Under the pieces are notes generated by a model. It was not told the origin of the DNA. It was given only the letters and a program-made list of their open reading frames with translations, and ran no database searches. Shown here one piece after another: positions 29,638 through 38,896 of a stretch of DNA of 64,000 nucleotides (position 1 is its first letter; each line of letters starts with the position of its first letter). The translations under genes were made by a program, and so were the position numbers. The DNA is from Nanobdellota archaeon. Lineage in GTDB: Archaea > Nanobdellota > Nanobdellia > Woesearchaeales > WJKV01. Location: assembly GCA_023133595.1 (NCBI GenBank), contig JAGLWF010000003.1, forward strand, positions 44,369 to 108,368, written 5' to 3'.

Positions 29638-29946
29638 ATGACATATAAAAAGAGGTGCAATAGGAAAGCACAAAATCTTTCTATGCAGGTTGTGGTCATA
29701 ATCATAATTGCAGTGCTTGTGCTCATTGTGGTGGCATTGATGTTTTCTGGCCAGGTATTCAAAGGAAAAAAGGAGATAGATTATATCTCTGCACCGATCG
29801 AATACCAGACAGCATGCCTGAAACAGAACGTACTGCCCTACGCAGAATGTGTTGCAAAATGTAAAGCATGGATTGCAGAGCATCCTGGCGAGCATTTGAA
29901 GAATGCTGTTGTTGATGGTGCGGATTGTTATGTTAAGAAAAAATGA
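29638..29946 (+). CDS. Small class III signal peptide pilin-like protein (102 aa)
   Basis: ...CNRKAQNLSMQVVVIIIIAVLVLIVVALMF; C-terminal domain with 4 Cys. Confidence 0.5.
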   Translation: MTYKKRCNRKAQNLSMQVVVIIIIAVLVLIVVALMFSGQVFKGKKEIDYISAPIEYQTACLKQNVLPYAECVAKCKAWIAEHPGEHLKNAVVDGADCYVKKK

Positions 29947-30638
29947 GAAATAGAAAAGGACAGACTACCTGGATCTCCCAAGAATATATTCTTGTTGTAC
30001 TTGCAGTTGTAGGATTGTTCATCCTGATGACTTTTGGCATTCGTGTGTGCAGCACGATCGAACAAAGCGAGACAAAAGGCAGTTTTGAATCATTCATGGA
30101 TGTCTATGAAGGGATTAACATATTGACAAGCCAGAATCTTACAAAATGCGGTGTTGCGGTCGCTTTCCAGGATAATGAGGCGCTTGTTGGCTTCAGTGCT
30201 GCGCAGGCAAGAGTAAGTCCAAAAATAGGAACTTTGCGAAGCTTGACAAGATGGATCTCTGATACTAGAATCAATAGGCCAGAGGCAGAATACTGTCCTC
30301 CAGCAGTATCTTGCTTGGTGCTATGTAATGTTGAAAGTACGCCAAATGCTGATGATTGCAGAGGCACGTTAAGGTTAGACTCGCGCGAATTTTTCAATGT
30401 ATCTGTGATCAAGCGCAGGGATGGCAATGCGCGGGATATGGTATACTTTGGTGACGAGAAAGCAGAAGTTGAATATTTGACACTTGAAAAGATCGGAACA
30501 GTACCGTACACAATTCATATCTATAAAGGAGATGCGCAGATAAAACCGTGTCAGAGCGCTGTCAAGATTGCTGAGCGCAAGTTCGGAGAGAAACCTAAGT
30601 TCGAGACACCAACAATAGAAGAAATAGATTTATCGTGA
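29943..30638 (+). CDS. Class III signal peptide (pilin-like) protein, 231 aa
   Basis: MRNRKGQTTWISQEYILVVLAVVGLFILMTFG; 4-nt overlap with the upstream gene. Confidence 0.5.
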   Translation: MRNRKGQTTWISQEYILVVLAVVGLFILMTFGIRVCSTIEQSETKGSFESFMDVYEGINILTSQNLTKCGVAVAFQDNEALVGFSAAQARVSPKIGTLRSLTRWISDTRINRPEAEYCPPAVSCLVLCNVESTPNADDCRGTLRLDSREFFNVSVIKRRDGNARDMVYFGDEKAEVEYLTLEKIGTVPYTIHIYKGDAQIKPCQSAVKIAERKFGEKPKFETPTIEEIDLS

Positions 30639-30645
30639 GTCTGAG

Positions 30646-31509
30646 ATGAGATCTAATAAGAGAGGGATAATAAGCGAGCAGTTGTATATTCTATTTGGAA
30701 TTCTCGTTGTTGTTGTTTTTTCAATCAATGCGTACAAGTTTGTGAATGGAATAGCTTCTGAATCTGCAATGCAGCAGCAGTTCGCAGTGCGTGACCTTGC
30801 AATGATAGGAACAACAGCATCTGGAGCACCAGGTACTTTGGCATATGTCTTCTTTATGCAGAATTCGAGGCAAAAAGTTCTGCCAGGGCAATTGTCATTG
30901 GCATTTTATGATCCGAAGACAGAAACTTTCCTGAAATATGCTGAATATTTCTTTACGTATTCAAAAAATCAAAAGTTCCAGAAAAGCAGAAACTTGACAA
31001 ATTCAATGCACATTGTCAGAAACGGGGATGAATTTGCATTCTATAACGCTTATTCCAAGAGCATGGGATCGAAAGATCTTGACTGCCGGAATTATATGCA
31101 GACAAAGACTATCGGAGAGTTTGCGAAAAATAAGATTGTGATCAGCCTTCGCAGTAAGGAAAATTATGTCAAATTAATTGCAGAGAAAATTCATTCTGGA
31201 CTTGGCGGAGGCCTGGCAACAGGACAGAACGTGGTTCTTGATCTGGACGGGACAATGGAGGGAGGAGATATTTTTGTTGTATTAAAAGATGAAAACAAGA
31301 CATCTATAGTTCTTGGAACCCCGACACAGGAGACAAAAAAACTTGGCTGTATGATAAAAGATGAAGTAGGAGCAGCAGAGATTGACCAGGACTATCATTT
31401 GGATCTGATAAATAATCCTGCACTGATCAAGATTCTGGTCAAAATCCCGCAGGGAGAGGATTATTCCTCTGAGATAGCAAGCAGTATACTAGGGTATTAT
31501 CATGAATAA
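30646..31509 (+). CDS. Class III signal peptide (pilin-like) protein, 287 aa
   Basis: MRSNKRGIISEQLYILFGILVVVVFS. Confidence 0.5.
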   Translation: MRSNKRGIISEQLYILFGILVVVVFSINAYKFVNGIASESAMQQQFAVRDLAMIGTTASGAPGTLAYVFFMQNSRQKVLPGQLSLAFYDPKTETFLKYAEYFFTYSKNQKFQKSRNLTNSMHIVRNGDEFAFYNAYSKSMGSKDLDCRNYMQTKTIGEFAKNKIVISLRSKENYVKLIAEKIHSGLGGGLATGQNVVLDLDGTMEGGDIFVVLKDENKTSIVLGTPTQETKKLGCMIKDEVGAAEIDQDYHLDLINNPALIKILVKIPQGEDYSSEIASSILGYYHE

Positions 31510-32005
31510 ACGAGGATTGGCGTTCAATCAGATGATAAAGATTGCTGAATTAGTTTTATTAGTGATAGTATTGATGGCATTATATTTCTGTCTGAGGCAT
31601 GCAGTCTCTACTTTGCACGATACAAGCTCTGCAGAAGCTGTCTCGTATGTAACTAATATTCTTTATTCAAAAGACGGGATAATGTTGTATGATCCTGAAA
31701 TTGACCGAGTGTATCCTGGAATCATTAGTAATTTTGATAGTGCAGTGCTGGATTCTTCAATGAAAGTCAATATCAGCGGAGAGTTCCCAGCTGCAAAATT
31801 AACATTGATTGATGCAAAATCTGGCGGGGAGCAGGTGATCTACTGGAATGAGAAGTGGTACAACCGTCTCAAGGAGAAAATTGGATTCAAGGGAAAAGCC
31901 AGTCCGCATATGCGCACTGAGAATCTTGTTGTGAATGTTGCTCAGCCTGATGGAAGCATATCTTTATCCTATCTGACAATAGAGGTTTTGGTGCCTAGAA
32001 GATGA
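31502..32005 (+). CDS. Class III signal peptide (pilin-like) protein, 167 aa
   Basis: MNKRGLAFNQMIKIAELVLLVIVLMALYF; 8-nt overlap with the upstream gene. Confidence 0.5.
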   Translation: MNKRGLAFNQMIKIAELVLLVIVLMALYFCLRHAVSTLHDTSSAEAVSYVTNILYSKDGIMLYDPEIDRVYPGIISNFDSAVLDSSMKVNISGEFPAAKLTLIDAKSGGEQVIYWNEKWYNRLKEKIGFKGKASPHMRTENLVVNVAQPDGSISLSYLTIEVLVPRR

Positions 32006-32586
32006 GAAAGAACAAAAGAGCTGGAATTGCGAACATGTTCGAGATAATCGGTGCCTCACTATTCATACTTGTCCTGTTCATAATCTTCTGCAGCGGATTT
32101 TTTATTGATTTTAATAGAATAAATGTTATGGTGACTGGAGCAACCATTGGTTATAATCATGATATAACAATGCAGAGTTATCTGCGCGCACCTGTTGAGT
32201 ACAACAATGAGACAATCATAATGCTTGACTTGATAAATATTGCAATTTCTGAAGGTGATTCTACGCTTCTCGAGGCTGAGACACAGAAAATTTTGATACA
32301 ATATGTCTATGATAACAAATTCTGGTATGTTGGTGTGTGGGATATGCAGAGGAGTGATTTTAGTAAAGTATTGAATGAATATGTTGATTATGATGATTTT
32401 GAAGATATAATGGATGAAGATCCAGGCTATGAGATCGGTAACAGCAGGTTGTTGGTGAACATGCACAGGCTTGAACCAAAAGATAAAGGAGAGAATAAAG
32501 AATTGAAATTCACACAGGTCCCGTATTTTTCCAGTGGGGAGAAAAAATTTATGATCTTAGTCTTCCAGGTAGGTGAAGCAAAATGA
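32002..32586 (+). CDS. Class III signal peptide (pilin-like) protein, 194 aa
   Basis: MRKNKRAGIANMFEIIGASLFILVLFIIF; 4-nt overlaps on both sides. Confidence 0.5.
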   Translation: MRKNKRAGIANMFEIIGASLFILVLFIIFCSGFFIDFNRINVMVTGATIGYNHDITMQSYLRAPVEYNNETIIMLDLINIAISEGDSTLLEAETQKILIQYVYDNKFWYVGVWDMQRSDFSKVLNEYVDYDDFEDIMDEDPGYEIGNSRLLVNMHRLEPKDKGENKELKFTQVPYFSSGEKKFMILVFQVGEAK

Positions 32587-33911
32587 ACAAGAAAGGAGTC
32601 TTGAGCATATTTCTGGCTGTGATGACTACTTTTATCATAATCTATGCTTTCATTGTCCTTGGAAATACTGGAAAGATCAATGACAGAATTGTTGGAATGG
32701 ATGCTATTAAATTAGGGGAATTGTATCAGATAGGAGAGGATGCAAGATCATATATTGACAATGCTGCGCATTATTCCAAAGGCCCTGCATTGTATTTATT
32801 TGAGAAAAATGGTTTGTTTCCAGAGTGCGGAGAGATGGAAACATACTTTTTGTGGAAGAATAAGACGCACGAGTGTTATCCAGACGAAAATTCAATCTCT
32901 TTCGGAATACGCAGCGCATTTGCATCGATCATAAACCCATATCTTGAGAATTATTTATTGTACGACATAACCTTGGATTATGTGACTCCTGCTGATCTTA
33001 AGTTCAAGGATTCCGCGATCATGGGATATCCATTTGACAGCCTGGTAGTTAATAATGATCCCTTCTATTCAGTGAGCCAGGGCTTTTCTGTTGATTATGA
33101 TTATCCGTTTGATTATGGTGAGATCCAGAACCATGTTATGCAGATAAATGATCAGTGTAAAGATAAAGAAGGGATGGCATTGAAGAATTGTGTTGACAGC
33201 GAGATAAATAAAGTAAATATTTTTGAATCCCGGAGGAGCAGGGAATGGATTTTTGGAGGCTGTGGCAGTACAGACGAGGCAATGCTGAATGCTTTCGCTG
33301 AAAAATATAATGATTGTGCTTCTTCACATGATTACAAATGTGACTGTCCAAGTGCAGCTTACGATCCCAGGATAAACATACAAGGACAAGTCGCAGTGCT
33401 AGGGAATGAATCTTCTTTGCTCGGCTTGCCGTTCAATGCAGGCGCAATGCTTCCTGGAGCGCGCCTGGTAAAGCAGAAGAATTTCATTGACCTTGCAGTC
33501 TCGGGAGCAGTCAATCCGATATGCCGATCAGATCGCCGTATGTTTCGAGTTTGTGTGAAACAACCATTCCGTGTTCGGATTGGAAATGAGAGGAAACAGT
33601 TGATGACACGGTTTGCATTCTATGTAGATGATGGGTTTGCGCCAGAACCAGTGGTTGTTTCTGAAAGAAATGATAAGAAAGCGTTTGAATGGCTGCCATC
33701 TGGTTCAGCAGATGTGGAAGAGTATCGTGTGTTTGTCTACAAAAAAGGTTTAGTTCCTGATTATTCTACTTATGATATTGTTTTACGGGAAACAAATTCT
33801 GATGAAAAATTATCTTTTATGAAGGATACAACAATTTACGATATAGAAGTGGTCGCTGTAGATTTTGACGGCAATTGCATGATCTCTGGAAAGAAACAAA
33901 AATGCAAATGA
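32583..33911 (+). CDS. Class III signal peptide (pilin-like) protein, 442 aa, Cys-containing extracellular domain; last gene of the array
   Basis: MNKKGVLSIFLAVMTTFIIIYAFIVLGN. Confidence 0.5.
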   Translation: MNKKGVLSIFLAVMTTFIIIYAFIVLGNTGKINDRIVGMDAIKLGELYQIGEDARSYIDNAAHYSKGPALYLFEKNGLFPECGEMETYFLWKNKTHECYPDENSISFGIRSAFASIINPYLENYLLYDITLDYVTPADLKFKDSAIMGYPFDSLVVNNDPFYSVSQGFSVDYDYPFDYGEIQNHVMQINDQCKDKEGMALKNCVDSEINKVNIFESRRSREWIFGGCGSTDEAMLNAFAEKYNDCASSHDYKCDCPSAAYDPRINIQGQVAVLGNESSLLGLPFNAGAMLPGARLVKQKNFIDLAVSGAVNPICRSDRRMFRVCVKQPFRVRIGNERKQLMTRFAFYVDDGFAPEPVVVSERNDKKAFEWLPSGSADVEEYRVFVYKKGLVPDYSTYDIVLRETNSDEKLSFMKDTTIYDIEVVAVDFDGNCMISGKKQKCK

Positions 33912-33977
33912 GCTTTTAAATAGCCACCAATAATTATTTAAATTCGAATCTATTCAGCAGGCCTAAGGGGGAATTAT

Positions 33978-34994
33978 ATGATTCAGATGCCTTATGACCA
34001 GATTATAAAAAAATTAGTTGCAAATACTTCGCTTTCTGAAAAAGAACTTAATGATAAGATCGAAGCAAAGATGAAAGAGCTTTCTGGCCTTATAAGCAAG
34101 GAAGGTGCTGCGCATATCATTGCGAACGAGCTTGGTGTGAAACTCTTCCAGGTGTCTGCAGGATTGCTGAAGATCAAGGATATCCACCCTGGAATGCGCG
34201 CAGTAGAGACAGTGGGAAAAGTGACAAATGTCTTTGAACCAAGAGAGTTTGACACTGGGGCCCGGAAAGGAAAGGTTGGAAATTTTATCATATCTGATGA
34301 GAGCGGCAGTATAAGAGTTACATTATGGAATGAGATGGTTGATAAATTGCAGAAACTTGAACCTGGAAAGACAATAGTGAAGATAAAAGGCGGATATGTG
34401 CGGCAGAATAATATTGGAAATAAGGAATTGCACCTTAATGACAAGTCTGCCTTGACTTTGAATCCACCAGGCATTGAGATAACTGAGCGAAGATCAGAGA
34501 GAAAAAAGATAATCGATCTTTCTGAAGGGGAGGATTCAGTTGAACTTTTAGGACATATTGTTGATATATTCAGTCCTGCATTTTTTGAAGTCTGCCCCGT
34601 ATGCAGCCGCAGGCTAAAGCTAGGGGAGAAGGGGTTCGAGTGCCAGCAGCACGAGAAAGTGGAACCTGCACTTTCTTATGTTGTCAATGTCCTGCTGGAC
34701 GATGGCACAGGAACCATGCGCGTTGCCTGCTGGAGGAACCAAGCTGACAAATTGTTTGACAATATGCTTGATCTTAAGGATAATAATGAACTGTTTGAGC
34801 AGAAAAAAGCTGAATTGCTTGGCATAATGGTGACTGTGCGTGGAAAGGTCACTAAAAACAATCTTAATGGAAATCTGGAACTGTCTTCTTTTAATCTAGA
34901 CACCAATCCAAAGATGGAGAAAGAGGTTGAAGAGCTTCAGAAAGAAGTGGAAGAACTAGATAATCTCAAAATTGAAGAAGAAGAAATAAAATAA
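33978..34994 (+). CDS. rpa: Replication protein A (archaeal RPA/SSB) with two OB folds and a C4 zinc ribbon
   Basis: OB-fold regions GKVTNVFEPREFDTGARKGKVGNFIISDESGSIRVTLW and the zinc motif CPVCSRRLK...CQQHEK. RBS AAGGGGG lies 8 nt upstream. Confidence 0.7.
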   Translation: MIQMPYDQIIKKLVANTSLSEKELNDKIEAKMKELSGLISKEGAAHIIANELGVKLFQVSAGLLKIKDIHPGMRAVETVGKVTNVFEPREFDTGARKGKVGNFIISDESGSIRVTLWNEMVDKLQKLEPGKTIVKIKGGYVRQNNIGNKELHLNDKSALTLNPPGIEITERRSERKKIIDLSEGEDSVELLGHIVDIFSPAFFEVCPVCSRRLKLGEKGFECQQHEKVEPALSYVVNVLLDDGTGTMRVACWRNQADKLFDNMLDLKDNNELFEQKKAELLGIMVTVRGKVTKNNLNGNLELSSFNLDTNPKMEKEVEELQKEVEELDNLKIEEEEIK

Positions 34995-35002
34995 AGAATT
35001 CT

Positions 35003-35611
35003 TTATGGGCCTGTTGCAGCAGTTATATTTGAAGTTATTATTCCACTTGCTATTGTTGAAGTTGTGGTTGTAACGTCGCTTGTATAATTGCCTATAAGAG
35101 ATCCAATAGCCAAAGCAGCAGTATCTTCTACTATCTCAAAGGTTGCTACTTTCCACTTGTTTCCACTGCATGCAAAGTTCTGCACTGAAGGATCCCATGC
35201 ACAGCTGTATACAAGGATGTAATTTATCTGTCTGAAATAATTTGTGATCCCAACATCCAGGTCCTTGTCCACACTGCCTGCGCACCAGCTGCTTTCATCT
35301 ATAGGTGTGCAATCGAAAGTATGCCCTGTCCATTGCTGATCATTTGTCAGTATGTAGAATGTGCTCCAGACATAGTCATCATCAGCATTTACTGTGATAG
35401 TTTTTTCTGTGGTGCCTGCGACTGTCACTGATGCTGGATCGACTGTGACAAAAGCTCCTGCATCCACTGCCCATGTCGGAAGTGCTGCTCCTGCCTGGCC
35501 AACAGGCACTTGTATTGCTCCTGGCGGTGACGGCAGTCTTTGCTGTGGCTGGCATCCTGCAATAAATATTGCTATCACGAGAAATGTTAGTACAAAATAA
35601 ATTTTTTTCAT
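35003..35611 (-). CDS. Secreted lipoprotein-like protein (signal + AGC lipobox) carrying a ~90-aa Cys-containing domain shared with the upstream neighbour
   Basis: MKKIYFVLTFLVIAIFIAGCQ. Start set at the internal ATG (35611), which has a GGTGAT RBS. Shared domain: DDYVWSTFYILTNDQQW...CSGNKWKVATFEIVEDTAA. Confidence 0.5.
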   Translation of the reverse strand: MKKIYFVLTFLVIAIFIAGCQPQQRLPSPPGAIQVPVGQAGAALPTWAVDAGAFVTVDPASVTVAGTTEKTITVNADDDYVWSTFYILTNDQQWTGHTFDCTPIDESSWCAGSVDKDLDVGITNYFRQINYILVYSCAWDPSVQNFACSGNKWKVATFEIVEDTAALAIGSLIGNYTSDVTTTTSTIASGIITSNITAATGP

Positions 35612-35636
35612 GTTATCACCTTTTGAATTTTTAAGC

Positions 35637-37178
35637 TTAATTTCCAGGAGTGCTGCCCATGACCGCCAACTGGGTCTTGGCATTGTTAGTCTCGTCAGAT
35701 TCTATGATCGTGTTATTGAAGTCAGCTGTAGCAGTAACTTGCTGATTTGTTGAGATGAATAAGCCGCTTGTATCTATATGCATACCCAGGTCAAATCCTA
35801 ATTGATAATTGTATGCCGCACCAGGAGTTGGTGACGTTCCGATACTCATCCCAGTGATCTCTTGGTTATTGCTAGCATCAACTATTAATGCGCTCACAGG
35901 CGTATCTAAAGGTACGGGACCTGCACCAATATTTTTGACAACAGCTACTAATCTGCCATTAGATTTTGCAAGGATCTGATCGACTATCAGATCTGGTGGC
36001 GATGCTTCGCTTGGAAGTAGGCAGATGCCATTTGCACAACCATGCCAGCATATGATTTCCTTCATCTTTAACTTGTTTAGTTTCTCATTATCATCACAAT
36101 ATCCTTCTTGTAGGATCATCTTGCCATGGCAACCATCTTGGAGAACCATATCTAGGAATGAAACTATTGTTTGAGTCCTGTTATCAAGACCGCCATCTGG
36201 GTCCACGCAAGTATCATTTATGCAGGCACCATTACTGCATCCAATTGAACAACTAAATAAAGAGGAAGACATAGCATCATTGACACAACTGTATTCCATT
36301 AATTTGCAATCTGGACCTGTTGTACACTGGTAGACTGTTTGGTTTGTTGTAGGATCGTAGCATGTATCAGTACCTTGTTGTTCTCCAACTGTTACAGTTC
36401 CTTTTATGTCTGTGCTTCCACCATCAGAATCACTACAAGCACCAGTCGGAGGAGCTGCATCCTCTGTCAGATTGAACCATATTAGTTTCCATCTGTTTCC
36501 ACTGCAGTCAAACTGGTTGTTTGGAAGTATGGAGCATGTATAACCTACTGCGTAATTCTGGCCGTCGAAATATGTTGCCCAATCTATATCAATATCCGAA
36601 GTTGCAAGATTAGCGCACCAATCTGAATTAGGGAATAAACTGCACGTTGTTGTATGTTCTACCCATTGATTTGTATTATCTAATGTATAGAATTTGTTCC
36701 AGATGAAATCGTCGCTTGCTTTTAGTTCAGCCATTGTGGTCCCAGCAAGAAAAATATCATCAATAGAGATAGTTGTATTGTCAGTCAAGGTATAGCTTTC
36801 TCCGATTCCCATTGAATTTGTCGTCTCGCCATTAACATTGACAGTAACTTCTGTGCCATTTGCTGCGAATGCCACAATGTTAACTTCGTAATCTAGATTA
36901 TTTAGGGTATATGTCTTACTTTCACCAACTGAGAGAATATCTGATATAGAACCTCCAAGCGTAAACTCAACACTGGCTTTTTGAAGAACAATATTTGGCT
37001 GGTCAATTATGAATTTATTTGCGCCAGGAGAAGCCCATGCAGGATAAACACCTGCTTTGCCAATTGGCCCAAGGAATGTGCCTGGTTCTGGCGGGAATTT
37101 TACAGTGCTTGGCTGGCAGCTTGCAATAGCAAGCACAATAACAAATAGTGCAATGAATATTGTAATAGTATGCTTCAT
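35637..37178 (-). CDS. Secreted lipoprotein-like protein (513 aa), paralogous in one domain to the adjacent downstream gene
   Basis: MKHTITIFIALFVIVLAIASCQ. Domain DDFIWNKFYTLDNTNQW...CSGNRWKLIWFNLTEDAA aligns with the neighbour. Cys-rich C-terminus. GGTGAT RBS and TTTATAAAAATA box upstream. Confidence 0.5.
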   Translation of the reverse strand: MKHTITIFIALFVIVLAIASCQPSTVKFPPEPGTFLGPIGKAGVYPAWASPGANKFIIDQPNIVLQKASVEFTLGGSISDILSVGESKTYTLNNLDYEVNIVAFAANGTEVTVNVNGETTNSMGIGESYTLTDNTTISIDDIFLAGTTMAELKASDDFIWNKFYTLDNTNQWVEHTTTCSLFPNSDWCANLATSDIDIDWATYFDGQNYAVGYTCSILPNNQFDCSGNRWKLIWFNLTEDAAPPTGACSDSDGGSTDIKGTVTVGEQQGTDTCYDPTTNQTVYQCTTGPDCKLMEYSCVNDAMSSSLFSCSIGCSNGACINDTCVDPDGGLDNRTQTIVSFLDMVLQDGCHGKMILQEGYCDDNEKLNKLKMKEIICWHGCANGICLLPSEASPPDLIVDQILAKSNGRLVAVVKNIGAGPVPLDTPVSALIVDASNNQEITGMSIGTSPTPGAAYNYQLGFDLGMHIDTSGLFISTNQQVTATADFNNTIIESDETNNAKTQLAVMGSTPGN

Positions 37179-37239
37179 ATAGTATCACCTATTTTTATAA
37201 AGCAATTGAACAAATCCTCATATATAAATCTTGCTATGC

Positions 37240-38223
37240 TTAGCCAGAATGCTTCCTTCTGAAGAATTCAAGGATTATAAGGCCTATGATGATTGCTATG
37301 CCGATCAAGATGACCCAGAAACCCCGAAGGGTGCAGATAGCTGTCATGAACAGATTCTTTGAGACATGTGTCTCGATCAATGCCGCCTTGAACAAGATTA
37401 TTGTGGCAATAGCAATCAGGATTGAACAACTGATTAATATCCTTTTGAAATGACGTGATGATAATCTTTCCACTAAGATTGCTTTTGACAATAAACCCCC
37501 TGCAATTGCAGCCATTAAATATGCACTGACCTCTGGGATCATGTGGAAGAACATTATCCCCAAATTGCACGAGATTAACGCGTATGCCTGTGAAAAACCT
37601 AATCCTGCAGGAACCTGATATCTTACTACTTTTGCTAATGCTGATGCAAATATCGAGGCATTTAATATTATGAGGAACAATGCTCCTGAGCCATAGAATA
37701 ATGACAGGAAGAAACAGATTATCATTACCAGGAAATTGTTCTTGAAGATCATCAAAGTCTCATTTCCTGCTGTTGGCGGCGGCGGCAGCATCCTGCCACT
37801 CTCTACAAAGACTTCAATGCTCGATGAATGTCCGTATAATTGTTCCTGAGAGAATACTGTTGTTGGATAGATTAATGCAATGATGAAGAAAACTACGAAA
37901 ACCCCGATGAAATAGTATAAGAAGAAATCTATGACAAACTTATGTTTTCTGAAGAAACCTCTTTTTGTCCTTGTGATATATCTTTCTTCGTACGAGAATA
38001 ATGAGCTTACTATCGGCAGTGTGATGACAACTGTCAGCAAAATAGTTGCGATTCCAATGAAATTTCTTACAGCTGGATCATGGAAAAGTATGAAAGATAC
38101 AATATAGGAGATAATAGTAAATATTACACCGAGGTATAAACAATACGCTCTGTTAACTATTAATGTTTTTATGTCAAAAAGACTCTCAAAGACCATGTTG
38201 TATTTCGTCGTACGCTTTTTCAA
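37240..38223 (-). CDS. Polytopic integral membrane protein (about 7 TM), possibly DUF95/SpoIIM-like
   Basis: Multiple hydrophobic helices; HMIPEVSAYLMAAIAGG segment resembles the motif in the window-start fragment. Confidence 0.4.
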   Translation of the reverse strand: MKKRTTKYNMVFESLFDIKTLIVNRAYCLYLGVIFTIISYIVSFILFHDPAVRNFIGIATILLTVVITLPIVSSLFSYEERYITRTKRGFFRKHKFVIDFFLYYFIGVFVVFFIIALIYPTTVFSQEQLYGHSSSIEVFVESGRMLPPPPTAGNETLMIFKNNFLVMIICFFLSLFYGSGALFLIILNASIFASALAKVVRYQVPAGLGFSQAYALISCNLGIMFFHMIPEVSAYLMAAIAGGLLSKAILVERLSSRHFKRILISCSILIAIATIILFKAALIETHVSKNLFMTAICTLRGFWVILIGIAIIIGLIILEFFRRKHSG

Positions 38224-38815
38224 TCAGATCTTCTGGCCAGCCTGCTTTTTTTAATAAATTGTGCACTTCGTCAAAAGTCAGGCCCTGTTTTGCAGCATTT
38301 AACAGATATTCTTTCAGCTCTTTCACTTCTTTTTCTGGTTTTTTAGGTTTTTTCTCTGGTTTTTCTGGTTTCATTGGTTTTAGAAGTGGTTCTGGCTTGT
38401 GGAAACCAGGTTCATGCTTTGTATGCTTTAAGATATACATTGCTATCAAGACAATGTTCACTGCAATTGACAAGAAGAATATTATGTAGAAGAATACTGT
38501 TGTTCTTGGCTTTCTCTCTGATTGTAATCTTAATTCCTGTTTTAACCTTTGATTCTCCCTGTTTAGGGTGTCTATTGTTGATTTTAAGCTGGAAGTCTGG
38601 GCTTGAAGCTGTTGTAATTGCTGCAAAGTCTGCAGTTCTAATTCCTCCTTTGTTGGCTGCGGAGTCTGAAGCTCTGGTGTGGCTGCTTGTGTATCCGGCA
38701 TCTGGAAACCAGGTGCTTGTGGCGGCGCTGGCAGGTCTAATTGTGCAGATGCAACGAAAATTGATACTAGGAAAAGAATAATCAGGATAAACAATGCTTT
38801 ATTCATGCTATTCAC
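38186..38815 (-). CDS. Signal peptide / Q-rich coiled-coil / TM helix / KPEKP-repeat / small C-terminal domain membrane protein
   Basis: MNSMNKALFILIILFLVSIFVASAQ; TLQQLQQLQAQTSSLKSTIDTLNRENQRLKQELRLQ; TM FFYIIFFLSIAVNIVLIAMYIL; KPEPLLKPMKPEKPEKKPKKPEK. Confidence 0.45.
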   Translation of the reverse strand: MNSMNKALFILIILFLVSIFVASAQLDLPAPPQAPGFQMPDTQAATPELQTPQPTKEELELQTLQQLQQLQAQTSSLKSTIDTLNRENQRLKQELRLQSERKPRTTVFFYIIFFLSIAVNIVLIAMYILKHTKHEPGFHKPEPLLKPMKPEKPEKKPKKPEKEVKELKEYLLNAAKQGLTFDEVHNLLKKAGWPEDLIEKAYDEIQHGL

Positions 38816-38896
38816 CTCTCTGTCTTAATCATAGCATTATTCTTTTTAAATATATCGTTGGAAAGCTTAAAATTATATATGAGGGCTTCTCCTTAG

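Noticed and set aside
24446-33911. Interpreting the class-III-signal array as an archaellum (fla) operon
   Set aside because: The window has no FlaI-like ATPase (no Walker A/B candidates in the array), no FlaJ-like 7-9-TM protein and no FlaH/FlaG/FlaF-like products. Subunit sizes are very heterogeneous (25-420 aa mature), unlike archaellins.
35612-35683. N-terminal 24-aa extension (MPRPSWRSWAALLEIKLKNSKGDN) of the 35003 lipoprotein, overlapping the upstream gene
   Set aside because: The internal ATG at 35611 has a GGTGAT RBS and begins a canonical signal peptide (MKKIYFVL...); the extension is implausible.
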